Source: Nitrospirales bacterium
GTDB taxonomy: Bacteria; Nitrospirota; Nitrospiria; Nitrospirales; UBA8639
Assembly (NCBI GenBank): GCA_965203295.1
Contig: CBDBCZ010000019.1
Span: 1,760,001 to 1,824,000, forward strand
Direction: 5' to 3'
DNA: 64,000 nt
Positions 20,478 through 31,148 of the stretch are shown one piece after another. The notes beneath the pieces are model-generated. The model was not told where the DNA came from. It did not search any database and saw nothing but the letters and a program-made list of their open reading frames with translations. Position 1 is the first letter of the stretch. Every line of letters starts with the position of its first letter. The position numbers were made by a program, and so were the translations under genes.

Positions 20478-21377
20478 TTATTGTGACGGCATTTCACTTG
20501 GGCTTATAGGATTGATTTTGTGTGGAACAATCGTTTCAAAGATCGAAGAGTAGTCTACATCCCTCAACCCTTTGTCCAAAGTTTGTTCAAGTAAGGTTTG
20601 TACTCCTTCCAATCCTGTCGTCAATAAGCCTGCTGATATGGCCTCTTGGATAACTAAATTCACATCCTTCAACAGGTGCGTGGTTGGAAAATTGGGGTTG
20701 TCATACTGACGGTCACGTAATCTAGGAAGCTTTCTCTCAAACATGGGTGCCGTCAGAGCACTCTTTTTTAGAATCTTCATAAAATCGTCTACATTCACTC
20801 TTGAGCGTTGGATGAGTCCAAGACTCAAGGAAAACGCTGTGATATGGGACGCAATGAGCTGGTTCAACGCCAGCTTAACGGTAGCCGCCTGACCCACAGG
20901 CCCAATCAGTATCGGATCAGGTCCAAATGCTGAAAGGAGTTTTTTCCACCTTTGAAACTGTGACTCCGATGCTCCTATCATCACCAGCAATCTGCCGGCC
21001 CTGGCCTCTGTAATACTCCCCAGTACAGGAGCTTCAAAGTACTCTCCTCCTTCTTCTGCTACTTTCTCAGCCAAAATGCGACTTTCAGATGGTGCAATAG
21101 TGCCCATTTGAACAATGGTTCGATCTTGCAATAAAGATCTATCTCTTGAGGAAGATAGCATCTCTCGTATCGCGGCATAGTCTGTTACCATAAGGATTGT
21201 GATGGACGAGGCTTGAATCGCATCGGAGGCGTTTCTCATCATTTTGGCTCCCAGCTTTTTCAGAGGGTCGAGCTTAGCTTTCGTTCGGTTAAAGGCAATG
21301 ACCTCATACCCCATCTCAAGAAGGCGTTCAATCATAGGAGTTCCCATTAGTCCTGTTCCAATCAGCGATACTTGCAT
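20478..21377 (-). CDS. NAD(P)-dependent oxidoreductase, 3-hydroxyisobutyrate dehydrogenase/glyoxylate reductase family
   Basis: IGTGLMG, FNRT, EAPVLGS, KLALNQ, KDV motifs. Confidence 0.92.
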   Translation of the reverse strand: MQVSLIGTGLMGTPMIERLLEMGYEVIAFNRTKAKLDPLKKLGAKMMRNASDAIQASSITILMVTDYAAIREMLSSSRDRSLLQDRTIVQMGTIAPSESRILAEKVAEEGGEYFEAPVLGSITEARAGRLLVMIGASESQFQRWKKLLSAFGPDPILIGPVGQAATVKLALNQLIASHITAFSLSLGLIQRSRVNVDDFMKILKKSALTAPMFERKLPRLRDRQYDNPNFPTTHLLKDVNLVIQEAISAGLLTTGLEGVQTLLEQTLDKGLRDVDYSSIFETIVPHKINPISPSEMPSQ

Positions 21378-21510
21378 AGTGATCCTCTCTTATTTTCATT
21401 CATCGAATATTTCATATTTATACACGCGGAGACCTTGAGTCGTTGAGTCGTCATGCTCGCAGTTGTTAGCGGGAATCCAGGATCTTTGGTTAAATGGTTT
21501 TTATTTGAGC

Positions 21511-21702
21511 GTGGTTTCGGACCCGCACGAGGAGGTCTTTTTGTTTCGGCAAAAGGACCCCAAACCATTCCCCGCTCGCGCATGGCCCTGCGGGTCTCCT
21601 TCGTCGCAGCGCCGAATCACATGGCTGCGGAACTCGCTCCGCTCAGACAGTCCTCGCCGAGTTGGGGGATTCGGCGCTGCGACTCAGCCACGCGCAAGGC
21701 GG
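21511..21702 (+). repeat. Structured ~190 bp dispersed repeat, copy 3
   Basis: Matches copy 1; similarity extends over about 21465-21765 versus 870-1170. Confidence 0.95.
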
Positions 21703-22002
21703 AACACACAGACTCAAAAAAGAGGACAAATTTTTTACACCGCATACAATTTTTCACCGTCATGCTCACAGGCGTGGTCCTCCAAGATTAAGAGAAAAGA
21801 CGGATCTCCGCCAAATAATCGAGGGGATGACGCGCAAAGCGAAACTTTAAACTCGAAACTATTTTGGCATCGAGTTGACCCACAGCTGTAACGCAGGTAT
21901 CTTCTGATACTCGGTTTTGCTGAATCGTGGGATTCCGACACAGCATCGATATTCCCCCTTTGCTTACAAGCTATGACGTTAGCAAGAAAGTGAGGAAGAA
22001 AA

Positions 22003-22434
22003 ATGGATATTGCCATTGGGTCAAACCTTCTTCGTAACACCAATGGAATTTTTATGGCTCAGACCCACGACCTTGTGCAACTCGATCGGAAAAAAGAAGA
22101 TGGAACACTCTATTTAAGCATCGAGATTTTTACGCCCACAGGCACACAAGCCGGCAAACTGGAGCGCAACGAATGGGTCACCAACAACCAAGATCGCTTT
22201 GAGCTCAAAATTGAACCAACATCCGTTACACTCACCGATAAGATCCTCAAAGGTGTTGTGATTCAAGCTGATTCCAATGACGATGGCATCGTCACAATTC
22301 CACAAGCCAAATTTTATTTGCCTGATGGAAAGCTATCAGAAGTGACATCAGAGAGTTGGCAAATCGGGAACAAGATAGAACTTAAAGGAGCAGACGTTGA
22401 TCTACATGGAGGACCCATCGAAATAGAGTCATGA
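22003..22434 (+). CDS. Conserved hypothetical protein (beta-rich)
   Basis: 143 aa ORF, GAGGA RBS, ATGA overlap with the next ORF. Confidence 0.75.
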   Translation: MDIAIGSNLLRNTNGIFMAQTHDLVQLDRKKEDGTLYLSIEIFTPTGTQAGKLERNEWVTNNQDRFELKIEPTSVTLTDKILKGVVIQADSNDDGIVTIPQAKFYLPDGKLSEVTSESWQIGNKIELKGADVDLHGGPIEIES

Positions 22435-22478
22435 AACATTTACTTCGCAACAGGCCAAACCAGGGAGATGTCACTCAG

Positions 22479-23420
22479 ATGGCAACCAGAAGTTTTTCTA
22501 TTTGTTTTCTTTCCTTACTATTTCTAGCATCCATGGCATTGCCCCAAACGCAAGCCGATGAGGGAAAGGGCTCTCCTACTCTCAAAGTCTCGCCGTCTAT
22601 TCCGGCACAGAAACAGAGCCAACCCACCAGTGCATCAAAACCTTCCAACCCTCCAGCACCCACAAAGGCGTCGCGTCCGTCCGAAATGGAAAAAGCACAA
22701 AAGGAACTGGAGCAACTTCGCACGAAGCCCGATGAGTTTCGTGTGCTGGTCTTGGGAGTTCAAATATTCTTGGGCCGATTTGGCTACGGCATAGGGCCTT
22801 ATACCGGCAAGTTCGATGAACAAACTCAAGAGGCCTTGCGCAGTTATCAAAAGCGGACCGGTCTTCCTGTCACAGGGGATATTGATTTCCTCACACTCAA
22901 GTACCTGACCGATGAGAATAAAATGTTAGATCAGTCCTTGCCCTATTTACCACAAGCAGGATTTTTAGCAGAAAAATGGGACGAAGAGGTACACGTGGGG
23001 GGAAGTTGGTCTCTAGACTCGGACAGGACCCTGGATGCGCTGCAAACATCGAGAATTTCTTGCTACCGCAAATGGAGCCATTGTATAGAATCCACTGCCC
23101 GTTTGTCTTCTGATCATACCCCGTATCTTTCTATTGCTACTCATATATATGAGATTGGCGGTTGGGACGAGGTCGATCTCGTCACAAAACCGTACAATGG
23201 CGAAGCCTGCACCAGCGTTATTATTCGAATCAACCGAGAGAAAAAGACCGTTTCACAGTTAAAATCGATTGCTCAAGGAGATGGTCCCTGCGCTTCTATG
23301 GATAATCAGGACTTGTTTTACCATTTAGTCGATGGCCCACAAATTTATTGGCAACTCAAACAACGTAAGGCTGAGGCTACCAAACAAATTTTGCGTGTTG
23401 AACTGCTAGAAAATGAGTAA
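22479..23420 (+). CDS. Exported peptidoglycan-binding (PG_binding_1) domain protein
   Basis: Signal peptide; VQIFLGRFGY..G.YTGKFDEQTQEALRSYQKRTGLPVTGDID; start may be 22431. Confidence 0.85.
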   Translation: MATRSFSICFLSLLFLASMALPQTQADEGKGSPTLKVSPSIPAQKQSQPTSASKPSNPPAPTKASRPSEMEKAQKELEQLRTKPDEFRVLVLGVQIFLGRFGYGIGPYTGKFDEQTQEALRSYQKRTGLPVTGDIDFLTLKYLTDENKMLDQSLPYLPQAGFLAEKWDEEVHVGGSWSLDSDRTLDALQTSRISCYRKWSHCIESTARLSSDHTPYLSIATHIYEIGGWDEVDLVTKPYNGEACTSVIIRINREKKTVSQLKSIAQGDGPCASMDNQDLFYHLVDGPQIYWQLKQRKAEATKQILRVELLENE

Positions 23421-23432
23421 GGCAAGCTGCGC

Positions 23433-23807
23433 ATGAGTTATGACCTTCTTGCAGATATTGTAGTTGTCACACATGCCGCCTTTGTCCTTTTTGCAATGTT
23501 TGGCGGGTTCCTGGTTTTGAAATGGAAAGGGATAGCCATCCTTCATATTCCCGCAGCTATTTGGGGCACACTTCTTGAACTCGCATGATGGATGTGTCCT
23601 CTTACCTACCTGGAAAATTGGCTACGGGATCTTGGCGGGAGTGAAGGATATCAAACAGATTTCATCGATCAATACCTCTTGCCAGTTCTGTATCCGCCTG
23701 GCCTTACGAGAACCACACAGATAAGGTTAGGTAGCTTTTTGGTAGGCCTTAACCTATGCATTTATTGGTGGGTCTGGCGACATTCAAAAACTGTTCAGTC
23801 TTCCTAA
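23433..23807 (+). pseudogene. DUF2784-family membrane protein with internal TGA
   Basis: ADIVVVTHAAFVLF..LHIPAAIWG..*WMCPLTYLENWLR..FIDQYLLPVLYP; TGA at 23586-23588. Confidence 0.85.
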
Positions 23808-23919
23808 CAACTTCAAATCCGTGCAACTCACACATTAAGGCCAATCGGGGATCGCTTCCTTGACCACTCTGCTTCTCCCTAGATATAGTTTCTGTCTTCT
23901 TAAAAATACGGTGTGATCA

Positions 23920-24240
23920 ATGGAAAATAAAAAACTGGGGATTCTTCTCTCGACACCACCTTCGAATCCCAATGCAGAAGTCGTGACACGTTTAGGTGAG
24001 GAGGCGTTGGCCTCTAAGGTAGACCTGTACCTGTATTTAATTGATGAAGGGGTTTTGAACCTTCAAAACGAACGGCTCCTGAAATTAGCTTCATCAGGCG
24101 CCAAGTTTTTTGTGTGTGCCTACGGATGCCAAAAACACAATGTCTCAACCGAGGGCTACGGGAAGGAAGTCAATTTCTGCGGATTGGTGATTTTGTCCAA
24201 TATCATTAACGGATGCGATCGTTTTCTCGCTTTCAATTAA
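23920..24240 (+). CDS. DsrE/TusD-like sulfur-relay family protein
   Basis: YLIDEGV, FFVCAYGC and CDRFLAF motifs; 106 aa. Confidence 0.8.
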   Translation: MENKKLGILLSTPPSNPNAEVVTRLGEEALASKVDLYLYLIDEGVLNLQNERLLKLASSGAKFFVCAYGCQKHNVSTEGYGKEVNFCGLVILSNIINGCDRFLAFN

Positions 24241-24332
24241 TTCGACTCTTGCCCTTCTTTTATTTACTCGTTCCTCTTCAAATCCCCAAACAACTCTTCT
24301 TCCTACCACTCCTAAGTAAGAGGAGATGTTTC

Positions 24333-26043
24333 TTATCCACTCCAGGATGATGCCCGACCACCAAAAAGCATCGTGACATTACATGCGACGATTTTCGTAT
24401 CCATCTCGAAATACACAGCGATCAGTTTCATGAAATAGATCAGAATTGAAAATAACCGCTCGATTCTCCCGATACGGCACCGTCACTGCTTTTGCCCCAC
24501 TCTCTTCCAAAAATTCATAGATTTTGGGTTTGTACGTCGTGCCATTGTAAACCTTAAAATCCCATTCACGTGGAGCTTCTTTATCCCACACGATCAAACC
24601 ACCGCTCGAAGGATCTTGGTTGGCATCATTTCGAGTGATCCAAAAGTTGACATTTACCGCAGCAGCATCCGCGTGAATATTCAGGCCCTTCAGTTGACTA
24701 TCTTGCTTAAAAGCCCAGGCTTGCACCAACTGGTGATCATGGAAAATTCTAGGGAATCGGACTCGAAGCTCTTCAGTAATCTGTAACAGCAATGGCGATG
24801 AAAACCCCTCCCCCAACATGGCACCGATATATCCGTTCTCATAATCTTTCTTCCAAATAGTTGATTCACAACAAAACGTCCTGAGGTTCTTCAAGGCTTC
24901 TTCGCTAAGAAGCGAATCGACGTAGATGATTTCGGGTTGGCTCCGGTTATACCGTTCTTGAATATCCTCCACATTCAATGCTGGATTAAGGGCTCCGTCC
25001 TTCAGCGCTGAACATTCTGCATAATGAAGGATTCGATTGAAGGATGGGGAAATATGAACACGTTCCTCTGGTGTGATGATCATCTGCAAAGAGGAATCTG
25101 AGGAATCATTCACCCTTTGGTTCAACTGCTTCAGCATATTCAAATAGGGGATGGATTGCGGATTAAGAATTCCCTTGTCGAACAGATATTGAATTTGTTC
25201 GACGTCATGTTTCAATCTGGATTTATAAACAGTTTGAACCATGACGGGTTGCCCATAATTTTGGAGGATTTCTGCTGATCGCCGAAGGAAGGCCAGCGCA
25301 AGGTCCAAGCGATGTTTCCACAGATAGGCTAATCCTAGACTATGATGAGCCTTGCTATAGTCAGGTTTAGCCTCAATGGCCGCTTCAAAGGACGCCATGG
25401 CTTTCTCAAGTTCTTTTTTTTCTACCCATACCTGCCCTAAATTATAGTGAGCTTCAGCATGAGAGGGATTTATTGCCAACGCCTGCTGATAGGCTGATGC
25501 AGCTTTATCGAACATTCCCAGTTCTTTCAAAGACACTCCAAGATTGTTGTATCCATCGACAAAATTTGGATTGACGCTCAAGGCCTTTTTATAAGCCGCG
25601 GCAGCCTTTTCCAATTCACCAATCTGACGATAGGCATTCCCTAAGTTACCCAAGGCTTCAAAATAATCAGATTTTAGAGCAACTGCTTTTTGATAGGCCT
25701 CCACCGCTTCAGAAACCTGCCCTTTACGCTGCAGAACCAGTCCACGGTTAAAATAGTAATGAGGTTTGCCTCCACCCTTTTCAATTGCCTGTGAGATCAA
25801 ATCGATCGCACGATCATAGTGCCCAACGCGATACGCAATGAGACCTAACAAGTGCAAGGAATCAGCATGCGAGGGGTCCTCTTGAAGAATTTGGTTATAC
25901 AATGATTTGGCTTCTTGCAAGCGGCCACTTTGTTGGTAAAGCCGCGCCTGTTCAAAAAGGGACTTCACATGAAGTGAAGGAGGGGCGGTTCCTCCTTTTT
26001 TCCCCTGAAACTGTTTTTGCTGTCGCCGTTTTATGCGGTTCAT
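24333..26043 (-). pseudogene. TPR-repeat protein with C-terminal 2OG-Fe(II) oxygenase-like domain; frameshift in the last strand
   Basis: About 7 TPRs; IHADAAAVNVNFW..LFHETD..RR then shifted NVTMLFG to TAA 24333-24335. Confidence 0.75.
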
Positions 26044-26150
26044 GGCTCAAATTGATTAAGAGAATTAACCCGTTGCCACGCTTTGGGACTATTTGGAGGT
26101 ATCAATGATAATGCCGGACAGTTCCGGTTTCAATAGAGCATGCTATTCAT

Positions 26151-26182
26151 AAAAAAAGCCCAGCCAAAATAAGCTGGGCTTT
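26151..26182 (-). terminator. Rho-independent terminator after the sigma factor gene
   Basis: Minus strand AAAGCCCAGC-TTATTTTG-GCTGGGCTTTTTTT. Confidence 0.85.
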
Positions 26183-26263
26183 CCACTCCATAGGGGTAAA
26201 TATTATAGAATTATTGTCGTCTCATGGGCGTAAGGTGTTTAGAAATTTGCTCTTCGTTTCTCA

Positions 26264-28087
26264 TTAAAATTGCTCTGCAAAGGTCCGTAACTTCTTACTT
26301 TGCACTGGGTGGCGTAATTTTCTCAACGCCTTAGCTTCAATCTGCCGGATCCGCTCCCGCGTCACCAGAAAATCTTGCCCCACTTCCTCCAACGTGTGGT
26401 CCGTGCTCTCTCCGATCCCAAACCGCTTCCGGATAATCTTCTCCTCCCGCGCCGTCAACGACCCCAACGAATCTGCAATCTGTCGCTGCAAATCATACCG
26501 CACCGCCGCCTCCAACGGCGACACCGCCGTCTTGTCCTCGATAAAGTCCCCTAAATGACTATCCTCCTCCTCCCCAATCGGCGTCTCCAACGAAATCGGC
26601 TCCTTCGCAATCCTTAAGATCTTCCGCACTTTCTCCAGCGGGATGTCCATCCGCGCCCCGATCTCCGCCGGCGTCGGCTCCCGCCCTAACTGCTGCACCA
26701 AATGCCGCGACGTCCGTACCAATTTATTAATCGCTTCAATCATGTGGACCGGAATCCGAATCGTCCGGGCCTGGTCTGCCACGGCTCGGGTGATTGCCTG
26801 TCGAATCCACCACGTCGCATACGTGCTAAACTTGTACCCCCGCTGGTATTCAAACTTGTCCACCGCCTTCATCAGCCCAATATTGCCTTCCTGGATGAGA
26901 TCTAAAAACTGCAAGCCCCGATTGGTGTACTTTTTCGCGATACTCACGACCAACCGCAAATTGGCCTCAATCAGATCGGCTTTGGCACGTTTCATTTTGA
27001 TTTCGGCTCGTTCGAGCACACGATAGGCCGTGCGAAACTCGGCCAGGGGCATCAGGATGATGTCCCGCTCCAGCCGTTTGAGGGTTCCTTGAGCATCCTG
27101 AAAAGTCTCAACGAGATTGTGGAGCGTCTTCGTCGTACAGGCCAGTTTTCGACGCACGTCCTGAAAAGCCTCCTTATCCTTCCCCATTTGTCGAAAGATT
27201 TTGAGTCCCTCAGTCCGTGAGAAGCCTAATAGCCGACAACATTCATCCAGTATCCGCTGAGCTTCACGGACTTCAGAGCCGACATTCTTGATTCGGCCTA
27301 ATAACAAATCTCGCACTTCAAGCTTAAGATTGAGTTCATCCAAAACTCGAGCTACTTGACATTTGGCATTCTGCACTTGTTTGTCATATCGATGTTGCTG
27401 GGCAGGGGTCCCGTGATTTCGTCTCTGGGAATACAGGCCCATTAAGGTTTTCGAAAACTTCAGAATTTTCTGAAGACCCACCAGAGTTTGCTGACGAAGC
27501 TCTTCTTCATCTTCTTCCACAATTTCTTCGTCTAGATCATCCTCAATCGTCGGTTCATTGACAAGAACGAGATCTCTTGCCGTAATGTCTCCATTTTTCA
27601 ATTGAACTCTGACTGATTCCAAATACAAAAGGGTCAAGGGCATTCCACAAATCGTAACCGCCATTTCATTTTTGCCTTGTTCGATTCTTTTGGCCAGCTC
27701 AATTTCACCTTCGCGGCTCAGCAGAGAAACACTGGCCATTTCATTCAAATACAGCCTAACGGGATCATCGATCCGACTCAAATCCCCAGGTGTTAAATCA
27801 ATATCTTTCTCCCCATCTTCCTGGAAATCTTCAGCATCCTCACCATTTAATTTTTCTTCATAAGGGTCTAGAGTGTCGCCCTCCAAGGCTGCACTTTTTT
27901 CCATCGTGTGAGAATTCAAAACATTAATGTCCATATCTCCAAATAGTGTGAGAAGATTCGTGAGTTGATCTGAAGAGGTCGCCTCTACAGGCAAGGAATT
28001 CTGTATATCCTCTATGGTCAAATGTCCTTTTTCTTGACCAAGAGAAATCAGATGTTTGACATCATGCGACAAACTGTCTTTTGGCAT
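26264..28087 (-). CDS. rpoD: RpoD-like group 1 sigma-70 factor (probable paralog)
   Basis: Regions 1.1, 1.2 (DDPVRLYL), 2 ([27 protein letters not shown]), 3 and 4 ([13 protein letters not shown]); ATG 28087 with AAGGAG RBS; no dnaG upstream. Confidence 0.9.
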   Translation of the reverse strand: MPKDSLSHDVKHLISLGQEKGHLTIEDIQNSLPVEATSSDQLTNLLTLFGDMDINVLNSHTMEKSAALEGDTLDPYEEKLNGEDAEDFQEDGEKDIDLTPGDLSRIDDPVRLYLNEMASVSLLSREGEIELAKRIEQGKNEMAVTICGMPLTLLYLESVRVQLKNGDITARDLVLVNEPTIEDDLDEEIVEEDEEELRQQTLVGLQKILKFSKTLMGLYSQRRNHGTPAQQHRYDKQVQNAKCQVARVLDELNLKLEVRDLLLGRIKNVGSEVREAQRILDECCRLLGFSRTEGLKIFRQMGKDKEAFQDVRRKLACTTKTLHNLVETFQDAQGTLKRLERDIILMPLAEFRTAYRVLERAEIKMKRAKADLIEANLRLVVSIAKKYTNRGLQFLDLIQEGNIGLMKAVDKFEYQRGYKFSTYATWWIRQAITRAVADQARTIRIPVHMIEAINKLVRTSRHLVQQLGREPTPAEIGARMDIPLEKVRKILRIAKEPISLETPIGEEEDSHLGDFIEDKTAVSPLEAAVRYDLQRQIADSLGSLTAREEKIIRKRFGIGESTDHTLEEVGQDFLVTRERIRQIEAKALRKLRHPVQSKKLRTFAEQF

Positions 28088-28699
28088 TAGTGACTCCTTA
28101 CCGTTTAAATACCAGGAAAACCCCAGATCCACTCATATGAAAAGAAAGAGATTCCATTCAATTTGAAACATATCTATCAAACTGTCGTCATTCCAAGATC
28201 GTTTAACCCTTATACGGAAAAATCAAATCAAGAGAGAGTTTGCGATCGAAATCCAAGCTAGAAGTACAACAAGGTATTCCCACAGGTTAGCCTAAACAAA
28301 AGAAAGTACCCTAACGGTAGGTATATGCCCCATGACAAGATCGAGGGCGAAAGCATCTCCGCATTGTACCACCAACAATAAGCGACAACTCACTGAAGCA
28401 TTTGGCACGACCGACTGGCAGCATTGAAGCTAAAATCGTTTCTGATTGTCAATCCTGATGTGTCAAGAAGGTAGGATTTCCTGATTGCACCGATCTTTTG
28501 CCACCATCATGATTCAGGAGCGGATTCCCAATTAAATGACATCCGTATGTGCATTCGATGAAATTTCTATAAACATTTCAGACATGAACAAGCTCGAGGT
28601 TTGGGAGATTACCCGTATCAATAGATTCTTTCAAAGTTTTGATATGTAGTAGAGTTAATGATAGGATCTTTCATCCTTAAGAATAAGGAGGGATTCTCA

Positions 28700-28980
28700 T
28701 TAAGCGTAAAACTGTATGTCGGCAGTTTAGCCTATCAAACAACCGAACAGGAACTTCACGAATTGTTTTCCCAACACGGCCGCCAAGATCGTAGAAGACC
28801 GAGCCACGGGTGGATCTCGAGGGTTTGGCTTCGTCGAAATGACGACACAGGAGGAGGCCATGAATGCCATAACGGGGCTTCATGGTTTTACTTTTGCGGG
28901 AAGATCGCTGGTCGTGAATGAAGCACGACCCCCAGGGGATAAACCCCAGCATGGGGGGCGTGGAAGGAAGTCTTACTAGG
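28700..28980 (+). pseudogene. RRM RNA-binding protein pseudogene 1
   Basis: AAGGAGG RBS, start lost (TTA), KLYVGSLAY (RNP2); deletion/frameshift; then AKIVEDRATGGSRGFGFVEM (RNP1)..GRSLVVNEARP. Confidence 0.88.
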
Positions 28981-29193
28981 GCCTCCTCCCCACAAGCTTC
29001 CACACTTACAGTCGGCACGTCTTCATCCCCTCTCCAAACGGAACGGTTACGTCTGTACGGGCCAGACAAGTTCCGGCTATTTCATCCATTTTTCAATCAA
29101 GGAAAACTCATACTTGAAAAAGGTACAAGTTCCACCCAGCTTCGTATTGGGTTGGATCGCCCCTTATATTCCGATAAAGAGAACACTGTTGCC

Positions 29194-30625
29194 ATGAACC
29201 CTTCATCCGCATCTTCGAGGCCCGTGAAACTCCGTGATATATGGGAAACCTGGTGGCCATTAGCTGGGAGTTGGATGCTTATGGGCTTTGAGCTGCCAGC
29301 CATTAGCGCGGTTCTGGCCAGGCTAGACAACCCAGAAATTCACCTGGCCGCGTATGGAGGAATCGTCTTTCCCATATCCCTCTTGATTGAGGCTCCAATT
29401 ATCATGCTCTTGGCAGCATCCACCGCGCTCTCTAAAGATTGGACGTCGTACCTCCTACTTCGACGATTCATGGTGTTTCTGGCTGTTCCTCTAACCGTCA
29501 TTCATATCCTTGTCGCTTTTACCCCTATTTTTGACATCGTGGTATCGGATATTCTAGCGGCACCAGAAGAAATCCATGAACCTGCCAGAATCGGCCTCAT
29601 GCTGATGACACCCTGGACTGGGTCAATTGCACTTCGTCGTTTCCAGCAAGGCGTTCTCATTAAGGGCTGGTCAATCAAAATCCGTCGCCACAGGTACGGC
29701 CATCCGATTAGCAACAAATATCCTCACCTTATGTGTGGGGTATAGCCTAGGGACTTTCCCCGGAATTGTCGTGGCCACTTCGGCCATTGCTCTCGGCGTC
29801 ATAGCTGAAGCATTGTTTGTCAACATACGGGTGAGACCGATTCTACGACATTGGAGACGCCACCATGGTCCAGAACCAACAAGCCTCACGGCACACCAAC
29901 TTTGGGCATTTTATTTACCTCTAGCTATCACCCCAGTTCTCACACTCTTGGCGTTATCTATTGGCAGTGCCGCATTGAGCCGAATGCCTTTGGCACTGGA
30001 ATCTCTCGCTGTGTGGCCAGTTGTCGCTGGACTTTCTTTTGCCTTCCGGAGTTTGGGGTTAGCCTACCATGAAGTGGTTGTTGCGATGTTTGAGCGTCAA
30101 GGTGCTGCTCAAGCCCTTCAACGATTTGCTGTCTTTCTTGCTCTGTCCACCAGTGGCACCCTTTTGATCATAACAGCAACCCCATTGAGTCATATTTGGA
30201 TGAGCACGATTTCGAACCTCTCGCCAACTCTGACGACCTTAGGTCAAAATAGTCTTTGGCTGGTTATCCTGATGCCGGCGTTGACGGTCATGGAAAGTTG
30301 GTACCAAGGAGTTTTAGTCCATAGTCATCAGACAAGAGCCATTACCCACGCGGTCCTCATCTACTTACTGGGAAGTTCTGCCATTTTAGCTCTAGGAATC
30401 TATGCTGGGCACGTGACCGGTCTTTATGTCAGCCTTACGGCCATGGTCGTTGGTTTCTCCATCCAAACCCTTTGGCTGAAAAGCCGAAGTTACTCTATTC
30501 GCAGCCAAAGATTCAGTCACACCTCCCAGACAGTGCTGGAGTCCGGAGCCTCCAGACTCAAGACGAATGCCTCCAGACTAGAGACCACAAAAGTCGTCGC
30601 GATACTGACGAAAAAAAAGACTTAA
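29194..30625 (+). pseudogene. MATE/ANKH-like multi-pass membrane transporter, one frameshift
   Basis: WWPLAGSWMLMGFELP..LAAYG..IEAPIIMLL; ORFs 28918-29745 and 29627-30625 overlap, shift near 29663. Confidence 0.75.
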
Positions 30626-31092
30626 TCACTAGGTGGTTCAAAATGACCAGGAAGGCGAGACTGCCAAGGCACGGTGGCCGTTTTGGCTTGTTTGAAGAGA
30701 CTACGCAAATTCACTTCAGCCGCTCGAAGCAGCTTGGGATCACCGCTTTGTAGCAATGCAGTCAATAAAACATATAAATCTCGATCCCGTTGAGCACTGC
30801 GCAGTATACATTCCGCTACGGGATCGGGGCTCTGGCTTTGAGGCATCTCAACTTCAGAATTATCTTCATCAGAGTCTGTAAGGAGAAGAGTCATCTGAGA
30901 AGGATCACCATACAACCAAGAGGGAGGAACCTCTAGCCCTGTCGCTAATGCTTCGAGCGTAGAGACTGACGGATCGAGCTCACCAGTTTCAGCAGCTTCA
31001 ATGGTCTCAGGGGTCAGTTGAGACTTTTCCGCCAATGCAGAAACTGTCAACTTTTTGGTACGTCGCCAAGCTTGAAGAAATTGGTGAATCAT
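30622..31092 (-). CDS. XRE-family (HTH_3) transcriptional regulator
   Basis: LQAWRRTKKLTVSALAEKS..ETGELDPSVSTLEALATGLEV. Confidence 0.88.
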   Translation of the reverse strand: MIHQFLQAWRRTKKLTVSALAEKSQLTPETIEAAETGELDPSVSTLEALATGLEVPPSWLYGDPSQMTLLLTDSDEDNSEVEMPQSQSPDPVAECILRSAQRDRDLYVLLTALLQSGDPKLLRAAEVNLRSLFKQAKTATVPWQSRLPGHFEPPSD

Positions 31093-31148
31093 CTAACCCG
31101 GATCTTATCGAACTGACCACTCACTGTCTACTGATCAACAAACCCTGC

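Noticed and set aside
28402..28420. Sigma-54 promoter at TGGCACG
   Set aside because: No TTGC-like -12 element at the required spacing.
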